A stretch of DNA of 64,000 nucleotides from Chrysemys picta bellii (Eukaryota): the NCBI RefSeq assembly GCF_011386835.1, contig NC_088813.1, positions 13,702,001 through 13,766,000 on the forward strand, read 5' to 3'. The number at the start of each line of letters is the position of its first letter. The stretch's first letter is position 1. The translations under genes were made by a program, and so were the position numbers. The notes below the pieces were generated by a model. That model was not told where the DNA came from, ran no database searches, and saw nothing but the letters and a program-made list of their open reading frames with translations. Shown piece by piece: positions 28,811 to 45,329 of the stretch.

Positions 28811-29989
28811 CACATTCCCTGTTCCCCATTTACCCCTTGTTTCCTTCTCTGCCCCGGCTAAGCATTTTTTTACCTGTCACCCTGTGCTGAATGGTCCTTG
28901 TTCTTCTGTATGGGGTGTGTGTAGGGGTGGGAAATGCTGTATTCTGCCTCTGCACTGCAATCTCCTTAGGTTGTCCATTCTCTCCAGGGCCCACGGGTTC
29001 CACCTTAAATGCAGCACAGCTGTGGAGAAGCAAAAAAGCCACTGGTTAAAGTGACCTGGCCAGAAGCCCTGAGCACGGCTGGGAGGCGGGTGACCAATGA
29101 GAGCTCTCAAAGGGCGGGATTTATTAGCAGAATTGTAGGTCTAGGAGGCCCTATAGCTGAGATCCTGGGGAGAGACGCCTCCCAGGGGGCACAGACTAGA
29201 GCAAACCCACACACCCCAGCTTGGCCTTCCCTCTGAAGGTATCACAAAAGGGTGCATGGCCGACTCAGCATGGCCAAACGTGACCCGCAGGGGAGATACT
29301 GTGAGATGCCACGTGCCCATTCAGATCTCACATGGGATATCAGCCATGTGGCTACGGGTGCAGAACAGCGTCATGCTGCCTGCAGGGGTCCTTTGCTGTT
29401 CTTCCCTGGCATGGCCGAGGGGTTTCTCAGGGACTCTGAACAGAACCCCCCGCTGCAGTGAACTCCAGTGTTTCTTGGGGACTCCACACCAGCCCCTCCA
29501 TGCCAGGCCTCTCCTTCCTCTAACCTCGCCTCTCCTGCACGATCTGCACCGTATGATCTGCCCTGGGCACTGCAGAAGTGCCTGGGGGTGGGGCAGGAAA
29601 AGCCATGAACAGAGCTGAGCTTTTTCTTTTTCTTTCTTTCTTTTTTCTTTTTTTTTTTTTTTTTATGGCTCTGTAGCAGCCCTGAATCTCAAGTGACCTT
29701 TCAGCCTCCCTTGATCTCGGAGCTGGGTGGAGAAGCAGTTTTATTTCTGTCCCGATAATAGACCGGGAAGGGAAGGCGCGTCGTGGGATAAATTACTTTT
29801 TGCTCCTACAGTCCTTTATGTCCCCATTGAAACTTCCTTTCAAAGAACAGGGTGTCTCCTCCCAGCTGGAGACAATAATCTATTTTTTTTTTTTAAAAAA
29901 CACCTCCCCAGGCCTCCAGGCAATTAAAGTTCCTGCTCGTTTATAATCATCCCCGAGTTCCAAGGCTTTATTGTTCATTCCAGAAATAA

Positions 29990-33546
<3,557 letters not shown>

Positions 33547-34522
33547 GGGCCCTGGCCTCCTGCCCAGGGCTGTTTGGGCAGGGCACCTCTTCACGGCAGG
33601 GAGCATTAGCAGGGACCCCTCGCCGCGCCCCAGACCTGGCCCATGTGCATGCGCGTACCTAGAAGCTCAGGCTGAAGGCTCAGGTCCTGAGCTGGTGGGT
33701 CGGGTTATATACAGGCCAGCGTAGTGTTCAGCCCAGTTACGGTGGCCGAGGGAAGTGGTGAGTGTACAGCGTATTCCCCCCTCCCTGATGATTGGTGTTG
33801 CAGGTCTGTGGGCTAGCAGGGCTGCCACCTCCCATCTGATGCCGCAGCCTGCCACCTGACCCTCTCCTGCCATTCACAGCCGCCTCTGGTGAGTCCCTGC
33901 AGCGTCCCGCGCTGGATACCGCAGCCAGCTAGAAACCAAACCTGACCGAACCGAGGCTGGGCTAACGCGCTGCATGGATTGCCTGGCACCAGAGGTGCAG
34001 AGACCTGCCAAGTCTGCAGTGCTGAGTCCCCCAGGCCCAGGTGGAGCTCAGCGCGGCCCCTTGAGGAACCGGAGCCTGTGACTGGTTTCAGTCCCCGCAG
34101 CAGCCATGCTACCCCTTCTGGGCCTGCCTTGCAAAGACAGGTGGGTGGGGTCCGTGGAGCCCACATACCCCACCCCTCCAACGCCAGTAGCGTATCTCTG
34201 GCCAGGGGCCAGTCCCTCCTCAGCCAGCTCTGTCCTAGCTTAGGAAGCAGCGTCTGTAACGCACAGCGCTATGCACGTACGTTAACCCCGGAGTCACACT
34301 TCCCTAGCGCTGCGGGGCCAGAGGTGCACAGGCTGCAGTGGCAGGTGCCGGCAGAGAGGGGGCAGGGTTTGGTGAGCAGCTCGGTGAATTCTCCGCAGCC
34401 TATGAGCCTCATGGCTCAGCTGGGTGGGGGAGAGGGGGCGGTCTAAGGCGTCTGTGATGCACGTCACGCTGCTGGGTCCCATTCGCTGCTGCAGAAAACC
34501 CAAGAAAAAGTTTCCGTGCAGA

Positions 34523-34528
34523 AATAAA
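34523..34528 (+). terminator. Candidate FAM167B polyadenylation signal
   Basis: AATAAA ~980 nt after the stop, followed by a GT/T-rich stretch (tgtccttgtttccttctgtct). Confidence 0.55.
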
Positions 34529-34699
34529 AGACAGCGTCTGCAAAGGTGTCCTTGTTTCCTTCTGTCTCTCACACACAGTTCGGCCTGGCTCTATCCCCAG
34601 ACACATGTCTGATCAGGGACACGCACACAGTCAGTTCCCTTCGACCTGCAGACGCATATATGATCTGGGACACTGACAAACGGGGCCTCCTCGCTCAGA

Positions 34700-34993
34700 C
34701 CCACCCACCCACCCACCCACCCACAGAAACACACAGGCCAGGTGGAAACACACAATGAGGGAGAACTGCCTTGACTCAGCCTCTGACCAGCCGTCTCTTC
34801 CGATTCGGGCTGCTCGGTCTATCCATCCTTGACCATGCTGGCAAGTGGTTTTGCGCTCTCGCCTGTCCCCCTTCAACGGCGCTGTTTTGGGCAGCCTTCT
34901 AACGAGCGGTGAGAACATTGGGTTTGTCGCTCTCACTTCCGCTGGGTGTTGTTGTTTCCACTCGGTTTAGCTGAGGCCTCAGATGAGGTAGGC
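34700..34993 (+). promoter_or_regulatory. Candidate LCK distal promoter and non-coding first exon
   Basis: CpG-enriched patch just past the FAM167B polyA signal with (CCAC)n, E-box CAGGTG 34739-34744, AP-1 TGACTCA 34772-34778, ETS CACTTCCG 34934-34941 and a donor GAG|GTAGGC at 34987/34988. The LCK ATG exon has a strong acceptor at 51928/51929, which implies an upstream non-coding exon. Confidence 0.4.
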
Positions 34994-36019
34994 GCCCACT
35001 TCACAGTGAACCTATGAGCAGCCCTGCCTAGCCAGGTGCCTTTTCTCCTCTATGTGCAAATAGGCATGTTGGTTGTGCTCCATGTTTCACCTTCTTGCTG
35101 TCTCCTCGTGCGATCATCCCTGAAGACACTGGCAGTTTTCCCCTGGAACTTTTTACAGGAATATCTGGAATCTCCGGGAGGGTCATTTTCAGGGGAACAT
35201 TCGTTTTTACAATCACAATGGATAAAAAATTTGCACTCATCCAAGGATCTCAGAGCACTTTACAAATTCTATTCAAACCAGCTGAGATTGGTCAGTATCA
35301 TTCTGCCTATTTTAGATATAGGGAGAATGAGGCACAGAGATAGGGCATGACTTGCTCCAAAGACACGCAGCAAACCAGTGGCAGAGCTGGGAAGAGAATC
35401 TAGGAGCTGGTCCTCTTCTCAAACCATTAAACTACCCCCTCTTCCCAGAGCCAGGAATTGAAACCAGGAGTCTTGTCTCCAAGTGCCCCGCTCAAAACAT
35501 AACAGCACATTATCTCTGTTAGAACCAAGAGCTCGGAGTTACACGGAAGGATCTCATTAAGTGATCATTATACTCACAATATTCAACAGAAATAAAGGAA
35601 GATTTCCTGAACTGAATAATAATGAGAGCCAGTTGACATTTTTAATACAATAAGGGTTTTTTTTAATTAAAATGTTGGGTTGTTCTTTTTAAATCTTTTG
35701 CAAAAAAAATTGTTAATGTTAGTGACATTTTTAGTTTTATGTGAAAGCCTAGTTTTGACAGTTTTTCTCAAAATTGTTATCAGTAAATCAAAAATGTTGA
35801 TCACCATTTTGCTAACCTTTCCAGTAATGTTTTCCATTTAAAAAAAAATCAGGACAATTTCAGAAAAAGTGGGTCCATTTCAAACCTTTCCAAAACTAAA
35901 CAGAAAAACACACGGAAAACTTGACATTTTTGCAAAACTACTGTTTAATTTTTTGGCCAGCAATAAATAATAATAATGAATTGGCATCAGCTGTTTTTAA
36001 AGCACCTTTTGTTCTAAAA

Positions 36020-36240
36020 GCTCCTAAAGCCCTTTGCAAACCATATCCAAGAGACGAGCACTCCAAGCACCACTGAATTGCAGCCATCTTTGGGGTGAGG
36101 CCAGGACTTCAGGCAGTGGTTTGAAAAAACACAGCGACATTATACAATACTTTAGGACAGGAAGTCAAGATCTTGTCACACTTGCAGGGGAAATTAGGGC
36201 TGCAGAATGTAATTATATCAGCTGGAATCTGGCCAGAACT
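36020..36240 (-). mobile_element. AmnSINE1-like fragment
   Basis: Reverse complement of the 50830-51070 segment (tttaggacaggaagt, cttgcaggggaaattagg, gcagaatgtaatta, ggaatctggccag). Confidence 0.6.
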
Positions 36241-37457
36241 CAATGTTAGCATCTCTGCTGGGTAAGAGAGCTTAATTGTAGAGGTTTAAGCATTTGCTCT
36301 TGTCCTGGGTCTTGTGAACATCTTCGATTTCCCTCCATCGCTTTGCACTATGCTCTCCAGGGATTCTCTCCAGGGACAGTCGCAACCCAGGATATCCTGA
36401 GATCCTCATGCACAGGGCAGTCAATTCCAACACACCACATTAGCTGCAGTTGAATTACCAGCATGAGGAACGCAAGCTGCCAGAGCCTGCGCTGTGATGA
36501 GGCTCGAGATGGCTCATTAGTGCTGTTACAAGTGTAGTTGGAAATGTCTCTGTGCTGGGCTTGGGCTATCTGCCCTGCACCCAGGCAACAAGCCCCTCTT
36601 CAAACTGCTCTGCCACAGATTCAGCTTCCTGTCTTCCCCTCCCCCTGCCCAGCGCAGGCTGTTCATACCTGTGGCTTCACATTTGATCTAACAAGCCAAG
36701 ACAATAGCTTTGCGGTTCCTCTGCTGTCTCCAGCAACCCAACACGCAGGTCTGGTGGAGAGGGGCTGAAAGTGAAGCTTTATGACTTCGCTCCTCTTTGT
36801 CTGGATGGGAGAGAAAGAATCAAAGCCCTTGTTTTCTTCCAGAGACTCTCTTCACTCCAGCTTGGTTAATGGTGTTGCTGGATGCCGGGGTTTACGTCAC
36901 CGGGGCTTGCGGCAAGGCAGTGCGGTCCAGTGGCTGGGGCATTGGCCTGTGACTTTGCCGAGCCGTGTTCGCGTCATGCCTGGGACCCTCTGCAGGTCAC
37001 TTCCCCTCTGGTCCCACCCTCGGCTCTTTGTCTATTTAGCGTGTAAGCACGTCAGGGCAGGGACTGTCACTTGCTAGGTGTATGTACAGCACCAAGCACA
37101 ATGGGACCACTGGGGCTACTGTGAAAAAAAAGATCATTGTGAGGAGTAGAGCCGCTGGTCTGAAATAAGAGGAACAAAGGCTCCACCTAAGGTTTAACTC
37201 CACCAGCCTAGCAAGTGTTAAGGCTGCCCGGCCTTATCTACGCTGGCCTTTCAGAAGGCATTAGCAAACACAACACTCCTTTAAATAGATAAACCCTTTC
37301 AGCTGCGCTCTCTCTCTCTCTCTCTGCCTGGCCTAGTCACCACTAAGAAATGGGCTTCAATTCTCCCGGAGTATTTCCCAGGGCCCTCGGGGCTTCAGTC
37401 CCTAGGTCAGGATTGTGACGCGCTCAGATATGATGGGGATGGGGACCACGTAGACCC

Positions 37458-38723
37458 CAGGGGCGGCGAGTTGTATGGCCCGGTGGTGCCCAGGCTCCAG
37501 CAAATTCAGGGCCCAGGGGGTCCAGCTCCACTGATGTTCGGGGCCGGGTCTCTCCCCCCGGCCCCGCCTGCTGCCCCCGTGCGCCCCCTCCCCCGAGTGT
37601 CCCTGCCCGCCCTGGGCCACGGGCGGCTGCCCCCTGCAGCTCCACGCTGCGTTCCCTCCTCGCCGGCCGCTGCCAGCTACAAGGGTCGGTGCCGGGGGCA
37701 GGCTGAGGTGGCTGCTGTGCCTGTGGAGGGAGGAGGCGCATGGCAGCCCCCCCCACCCCCCCCGGCAGGCGACTCTGAGGGGGGGCCCTATCCTGGCTGG
37801 ACCTCCAGAGCAGCAGCCTGGGGAGGCTTGGGTGAGTGTTGTGCCCAGGGAGAGCCCCCCCCTACCCTGGACATCGCTGCTGCTGGTGGGGAGAGGGATG
37901 GGGGGAGTCCTCCTCCCTGGCCCCCAACGCCGGGACAGCCTGCCTGCTGCACCCCAAACTCTTCATCCCTGGCCCAGCCCCATGCACCGCACCCCCTCTC
38001 ACACCCCAACCCTCTCTCCCAGCACAGAGCCCGCACCCAGCACCCAAACCCCTCCTGCACCCAGACTCCCTCCCAGAGCCTGCACCCCAACCCCCCTCCT
38101 GCACCCCAATCCCCGCCCTAGCCCAGAGCCTGCACCCAGCACCCAAACCCCTCCTGCACCCAGACTCCCTCCCAGAGCCTGCACCCCTCCTGCACCCAGA
38201 CTCCCTCCCAGAGCCTGCACCCCAACCCCCCTCCTGCACCCCAATCCCCACCTTAGCCCAGAGCCTGCACCCAGCACCCAAACCCCTCCTGCACCCAGAC
38301 TCCCTCCCAGAGCTGCACCCCTCCTGCACCCAGACTTCCTCCCAGGGCTGCACACCTCCCGCACCAAAACTTCCTCCCAGAGCCCACATCCACCACCCAA
38401 CCCCCCTCCTGCACACAGCACCCCAAACCCCCTCCCGTACCCCCTCCTGCACCCCCAACCCCCTGTTCCAGCCCAGAGCCCACACCCAGCATCCAAACTC
38501 TCTCCCAGAGCCTGCACCCCAATCCCCATCCTAGCCCAGAGCCTGCACCCAAACTCTGTCCCAGAGGTCATACCCCTCTCGCACCCAAACTCCCTCCCAG
38601 AGCCTGCACCCCAAACCACCTTGCGCACCCAAACTCCCTCCCAGAGCCTTAGGCAGGTGTGGGGGGTCGGAACTTGGACCTGTTCTGGGCACCACCAAAA
38701 ATTATACAAACCTGCCACCCCTG
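37458..38723. mobile_element. Probable non-autonomous DNA element with an internal C-rich tandem array (ccagagcctgcaccc)
   Basis: Imperfect inverted termini caggggcggc..ttgtat / atacaaacctgccacccctg. No TSD found. Confidence 0.5.
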
Positions 38724-40889
38724 AACCACCGATAGGTTGCCAGTTGCTGCACAGACTGACCATCTGCTAGTCATCCTGGTGACCAGGACCTGGTTTTCAG
38801 GGAGAGGGGCGGGAGGGGCTAAAAGGGTTTTTTTTTCTTTCTCCTCAGTTTGCCCTGCTGCGATGTGCAACATTGGAGCTCGTCACCCAATGAGAACACA
38901 AGTCAAAGTCCTCCCCCCCTCCCCTCTTCTCTCCTCCCCTCCCCCCCACATTTTCTTAACACCCTTTCCCCAGAAGACCAGTGTAGAACAGCAGCAGGGC
39001 CCTGGAACTGCTGGCCCCTCTCAGGGCTTCCCTGGGGTCCCTGGAGACACCTGTGCAAATGTCAGGCATGTGACATCCAAGCAAAGTGGGTTACGGTGCC
39101 ACGCTGTACCAGCCGCTTTCATCTCTGGAGCCACTAGTCCAGGGCTGTCAGGAAACCCCTGAGTTTCTCATTAGCTCGGTTCATTTTGTGGTTATAGCAA
39201 GTGCTGAGAACAGACTTCTCAAGTTTGCTTATGATACATCAGAAGGCAGGAAATCAGGAAAAACACACACCAAGCGAGAACAAGCGCTCTTGCAATTCCC
39301 TGATGTGAAGGACTGTTTGGCTGCCCTCTGGGAGGTGAGAGCCTACCTCTGGATGAGGCAGATGGAAATGATAATGTGACGGGGAAGGGAGTTGTTGCTC
39401 TCTGGCCATGGAAATCTAAGAGCTGCTGGTGTCCACCTCACTACAAACAGGTAAGGGAAGGGCAGGGGCCGTGAGCAGCCCTGGAATGGTGTCCTGGGGT
39501 GGGAGTCAGGGATTGCCACCATGTGGGGTGGCATGAGGGGTCTGCGCTGGCTCTTTCAGAGCCCGGTTGGGGAGTAATGGTTTCTTTGGGGGAAGGATGA
39601 CCCCCAAATGATACCCACTTACCTCCTTGGAGGGAATGAAGTGAGCACTGCAGTGAGTCCATCAAGGATCTATCACCATGGCATCTGGGCAATACATTTC
39701 GGGGTGGAGAGAGGAAGACTCTATCTCCTTGGCCTCTCTTATTGGTCTCTCTCGGGGCACACTGTGTTGGTTTGGGGATGTTTGGACAGACAGACCCACG
39801 TTTTAGTCTGAGTAGGTCATGGACAGGCTCCTGAGTTGCGCCCTCCAAAACAAAACTTCTCCAAAGTGCCCCGTCTCCCCACATACTAGGAATGGCTAAT
39901 TCAGAGGGGTTCCCCTCAGAGAGCATACCAGGCATCTGGTGACCCCGTTGCTCCAAAAACCTTCACTTCCAGGGCAAAGCTAGAAGATATGTCCTGAGCC
40001 AGCAGCCTTGAAACCGGACTGAAAATATGCCGGAGGGTCTGTTTGCTGCTGGGTTGTTTTGTCCCTCGGAGCAGCTCTCTGAGATACCATAAGTCTCAAG
40101 AAGCAGGGAAAATCCATCTCTGCAGTAAGAGTCACTGAATTACTTCTGGATGGTATTGTTCAACTTCAGTGGCTCTGATATGAACTTCTTTGGTGCAGAC
40201 GCCATGGCAGGGCTGGCTTCTTGCCTCGCGTGGCTGCAGAAAGAGCTCTGTGTCCCATTCCCCTCTAAGACGCATCCTTCAATACCTAATGAGAGCAGTA
40301 TGACTCTTCGCTCTGCTAAAGCCACCCCAGGAGCCACATGGAACCAGAGAGGGGCCCAAGAGGCAAAGGGCAGGGTGCTTGGAAGCCAGGTTTTGTTCCC
40401 TCTCTGCAAGAAATGGGAAGGATCAGACATGGGTAGTTTGACTGCTCTGAGCCTAAGGCTGTTTGGACCATTGTCCTCCCTCCTTCCATCTTGCATTCCT
40501 CCCCTTGAACCAGAGCAGCTGGGATATGTGTGTGCTGGAGCTGGTCTGGTGGCCACATGAAACACAAGGGTCTCTCCTGTGGGCTGGTCAGCAGTGATTG
40601 GGCTGGGAGTTCGCTCTTGTGGTGAGTGGTGACATTGTTGGATACCGCGTGTTCTGTCTAAATTTAGCCCCGGTGGTCCCCCTTAAAACAAGACTCTATT
40701 GCATCCTGCTCCAGCCAGGCATGTGGGGTCAGTGCTGTAAACTGAGGGGCTGGCACCTGAGTGACGAACCCTGGAATATTTTCAGAGATGAGGGTTCCAC
40801 TGTTCTTTTCACAATAGCTATCCCCAGCACACCCATCCACCCGCCCACACTCCTCCCAAACTGCGTGGCATAAAACCATGAGAGGAAAA

Positions 40890-41240
40890 TATGCATGCAC
40901 ACACACAAACATGCTCAAACACATACACAAAGCCAGACACAGATGAACAGACACACAAACAGAAGCACCCAAACACCCAGTCAGTCAGACACAAACACAG
41001 ACAGAGAGAGCCTAGACATATGCACACAGACACCAGCACACAGAGAGACAAACTGACAAACAGGTACCAACATACATAGGCAGACCGACACATTCAGTCA
41101 CACAGACAACAACCCAGAGACACAGACATACACTCACTGACATAGAGAGACACACAGACACAAGCTCACACAAAAACACAGAGGCAAATAAGTGCAGACA
41201 CACACACACGCAGACCAACACAAATGTTCAGTCACATAGA
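40890..41240. repeat. CA/ACAG-rich low-complexity repeat
   Basis: Degenerate (CA)n/(GACA)n sequence. Confidence 0.8.
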
Positions 41241-41711
41241 CAAACATAATCACCAAAGAGCGACAAAAACAACTTCAGAGCCAAAATCCTCTTTGGCCTC
41301 AGATGATACCGATTTTCGGTGGAAATTGTTTTGTGGCTTGGGCATGAATACCTCCTACCTTGCCCAGGATACTTGTAGGAAGAAAAAAACACAACCCTGG
41401 CATCTTTTGCCTTTTGCTAATGCATCATATTTGAAATGTTTGATGTTATCTCCAGGCAATGGTATTTGGGACAGTTTGAGGTTTTTCTTCCACGAGGGTG
41501 GAAATTTCTTTTTAATTTATTTGTTTCCTTCTTGTTAATGGGAGATGCACGACACTAAACTTCCCTGTCACGTCAGCAGGCCATAGGATGCCATTTAAAA
41601 TACAACGAGGCAGCACCTCATACAGTTCGCCTTACCCCTCTTTGGAAGTGGTCTTGCCGAAAGCAATCAGGCTTTTTTAGGAAGCAAAGGCCTGAAAGCA
41701 TTTTTCCTTGG

Positions 41712-41910
41712 GCTGGTCTACACTACAACCACTGCATCGGCGCAGCTGCATTGGAGCGCTTTGATGAGCGGCTCTAAGCCGACGGGAGAGAGAGCTTCTC
41801 CTGTTTGCTTAGTTACTCCATCTCCCGACATAGCGCTGCCTACACAGGGGTTACGATCTGTAACTTGGTCACTCAAGGGTCTGGATTTTTCACACCCGTG
41901 AGAGGGTTTA
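41712..41910. mobile_element. Harbinger-like MITE remnant
   Basis: Starts ggctggtctacacta; internal motifs shared with 11159-11246 and 48695-48990. Confidence 0.45.
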
Positions 41911-41959
41911 TCTCCAGTGTTAAATAGGTGATAATGAAAAAGAAACAAACCCCCAGAGA

Positions 41960-42213
41960 AAAAAGAACAGGAGTACTTGTGGCACCTTAGAGACTAACAC
42001 ATTTATAAACTTTCCATTGAAGTGTATGAGCTTCTCGTGTTAGTATGTCGCATAGTTTGTTATGGCTGCGAATACGTGCACCTTGAACTGCTGGACACGG
42101 TCCCAGAATATGAGAAAGCTTATGCTCAAATAAATTTGTTACTCTCTAAGGTGCCACAAGTACTCCTGTTCTTTTTGCGGATACAGACTAGCACGGCTGC
42201 TACTCTGAAACCC
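41960..42213. mobile_element. Penelope-like element termini in inverted orientation
   Basis: 47-bp inverted repeat (41960-42006 vs 42130-42176, 2 mismatches) of the motif aaaaagaacaggagtacttgtggcaccttagagactaac. A related fragment lies at ~2563-2608. Family assignment is by recognition only. Confidence 0.55.
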
Positions 42214-42272
42214 CAGAGAGTTTTAAACATCTGTGGAGTCAGGCGCTGCGTAGACTGGAGCTTTATCTAGAG

Positions 42273-42620
42273 CAGGGCTTCTCAACCTTTTTCTTTCTGA
42301 GCGCCCCCCTCCCCCCAAACATGGCCCACCTGTACCACAACAGCTGTTTTTCTGCATAACCAGTAGATTAAAAGCCAGGGCCAGCGGTAGGGGATAGCAA
42401 GCAGGGCAATTGCCGGGGGCCCCACACCACAGGGGCCCCGTGAAGCTGAGTTGCTCGGGCTTTGGCCTCATCCCGGGGAGGAGGGGCTCGGGCTTCCGCT
42501 TTCTGCCTGGGGCCCCAGTGAGTCTAACACGGGCCCCGCTCTCTGGTTTATTTTGGCAGACCTCCTGAAACCTGCTCGCGGTCTCCCAGGGGGCCCCGGA
42601 CCCCTGGTTGAGAACCACTG
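42273..42620. mobile_element. hAT-Charlie-like MITE
   Basis: TIRs cagggcttctcaacc / ggttgagaaccactg; TSD ATCTAGAG / ATCTCGAG. Confidence 0.85.
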
Positions 42621-43541
42621 ATCTCGAGCTCGAGACGGATTGTTCCCTCTAGCTCCCCCCCCCATCCAAACCCAGAACTCCCTCAGACCTGTGCTGCCTC
42701 TGACAGAAGTCAGGGCAGTCACCCTAGACTGTGACCTACATTCAGCCTGGGTTGAGATAAGCATTTGTAGTTCCTGTGGGGTCATGCCAGCGGGGCAGAG
42801 CCATGTTACAACGGCTGATGCAAGCTAGTCCTCCAGTGCTGGCCCACAGTTACCTAGAAATGCCTCCATGGCGTTCCGTTTTCACCTCTTTGGTATTTGT
42901 GAGATCACACCGGGGAGTTCTCCAGCCATTGCTGGAGACTTGCAGGGTAGACAAGACCTGAAATTCTAATATTACAATCCCCCGAGCCAAATAAAAACTA
43001 TTTGGAAAGGGAGAGTGAGGAAGCTTTCAGGCCTTTCGCTCTGAAGCAAAGAAAGGGAACAACGATCCCCAATATTTTTCCACTTTCTAGGTCTCCATTA
43101 AGAACCATCCCTTCTAAGTGCTGTTAGCATCTCTGAAACTTCCAAGCCAAGCGACAAAGATTTTGCCAGCCCATCTTTGCTCTAACTGCTCTCCACCTCA
43201 TTTGGACAGGAGCATCCGCTTAGTTTCTGATAACACAGGTTTCTGTTTTAACCATACCTAGTTAATGTACCGCTCAGCAGCCAACAAGATCAAATGTAAT
43301 GTTTAAAATCGATACAATAGGGACCATTGACAACACACTTCTCTGTTCATGAACAAGGGTGTGTGGGCACATACGTTCACATAACTTCACAAAGATCTAC
43401 ACGCACACACACATCCTGCAATAAGAGCCACGTGGGCGACCTCTGTGCCTCCTACGAGCCCCTTGACTTCCATGGGGCTCTGCACAGGTACAAGGTTTCT
43501 GGTGTATGAACGCCGTTGCAGGATCAGGACTGTGGACACAA

Positions 43542-43548
<7 letters not shown>

Positions 43549-43594
<46 letters not shown>
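43549..43594. repeat. (CA)23 microsatellite
   Basis: Perfect dinucleotide run. Confidence 0.95.
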
Positions 43595-43595
<1 letters not shown>

Positions 43596-45329
43596 TCAGT
43601 CACCCAGATGTATAGGTCACATCCTCACAACAAAACCTACATTGCGGATGTGTTAAGGATACAACAGAAAGCAACGAACCCCTGGAAATTCACAGTTAGC
43701 TGAGCAATGCATTCTGTGCTTCGCAACACAAGGACACACATGGGGCCCACTCCAATACCCGCGGAAGGCACTGAGAAATCTCCCATTGACTCCAACACAG
43801 CAGGACCCAGCCCAGGGTGATGGTTCACAGGCCAGAATCGATAAAGTAAGAAGATGGGCTAACACAGGCCCTCGGTGTGGGCACTAAATGGACTCTGTGC
43901 TGATTCATTCTAATGCTGCACAGGGATATAGTCTAACGATTCAGAAGCATTTGCAGAAGTACCTGCGGAGACCTCACTCTCATGATCACGAGCAGTACTG
44001 GAGTGACTCAGTGAGAGCCACCGTTTCACTGATGCTTCCCAGCCCTCCGATGTGTCCTCATTCAATTGCCTTAATCGGCTACTTGCCTTTATGGGAAGAA
44101 AATCGAAGGGAAAAGGAGTTCAGGGGAGCTGGCCGGTTCTCAAGGAGATAATATTAAACACACAACTGCAAACTATCCCGCTGCAAAGGAAAGAGCGCAA
44201 GAATAGTAAGAGGCCAATATGGCTCCATCGGGAGCTCTCTAATGACCTGAAAATCAAAAAGGAATCCTACAAAAATTGGAAACACGGACAAATTGCTAAG
44301 GAGTTACAAAAGAACAGAATGAGCATACAGGGACAAAATCAGAAAGGCTAAGGCACAAAATGACTTTTACCTAGCAAGGGACATAAAAGGCAATAGGAAG
44401 AGGTTTTATAAATACATCGGGAGCAAGAGAAAGATGAAGAAAAGCATTGGCCTGCTAAACCTAGCAAAGGACATAAAAGGCAATAGGAAGAGGTTTTATA
44501 AATACATCGGGAGCAAGAGAAAGATGAAGAAAAGCATTGGCCTGCTAAACCTAGCAAAGGACATAAAAGGCAATAGGAAGAGGTTTTATAAATACATCGG
44601 GAGCAAGAGAAAGATGAAGAAAAGTGTAGGTCCTTTATTTAGCAGGGAAGGAGATCAAATAACTTGGCTGAGGTGTTAAATGCCTATTTTGCTTCAGTCT
44701 TCACTAAAAAGTGTGATGGTGACTCAACACAATTAATATTAATAACAAGGGGGCACAAGCCAAAATAGGAAACAAACAGGTTAAAGAATATTTAGGTCAG
44801 TTAGATGTATTCAAGTCGGCAGGGCCTGATGAAATTCATCCTATGGTATTTAACAAACTAGCTGAAGCAAGCTTGGAACCATTTGCCATTATCTTTGTGA
44901 ACTCCTGGAGGACGGGTGAAGTCCCAGAGGACTGGAGAAGGACAAACATAGAACCTAGCTTTCAAAAGGACAACATTGAGGATCTAAAGTAGACAAAATA
45001 AACATAAGGTGGCTGCACAACTGGTTGCAAGACCATACTCAAAGAGTAGTTATCAATGGTCCATAGTCAAACTGGGAGGACATATCTAGTGGGGTCCCAT
45101 ATGGGTGAGTCCTAGGTCCAGTACTAGTCAATGTTTTTATTAATGATTTGGATAATGGAGTAGGGAGTATCATTATTAAATCTGCATATGACACCAAGCT
45201 CGGAGGGGTTGCAAGCACTTTGGAGGACAGGATTAGCATTCAAAACGACCTTGACAAATTGGAGAATTGGCCTGAAATCAACAAGATTAAATTCAATAGT
45301 AACAAGTTGCAAAGTACTTCACTTAGGAA

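Noticed and set aside
37471-38770. 200-312-aa Pro-rich / Gly-rich ORFs
   Set aside because: Low-complexity tandem repeats inside a probable non-autonomous DNA element.
42007-42129. Hammerhead ribozyme in the Penelope-like inverted repeat
   Set aside because: Only a GAAA-like remnant (agaaagcttatgc) is present; the CUGAUGA core and stem II are missing.
44371-44625. CRISPR-like repeat-spacer array
   Set aside because: The 'spacers' are identical, the context is a vertebrate LINE and there are no cas genes; it is a tandem duplication.
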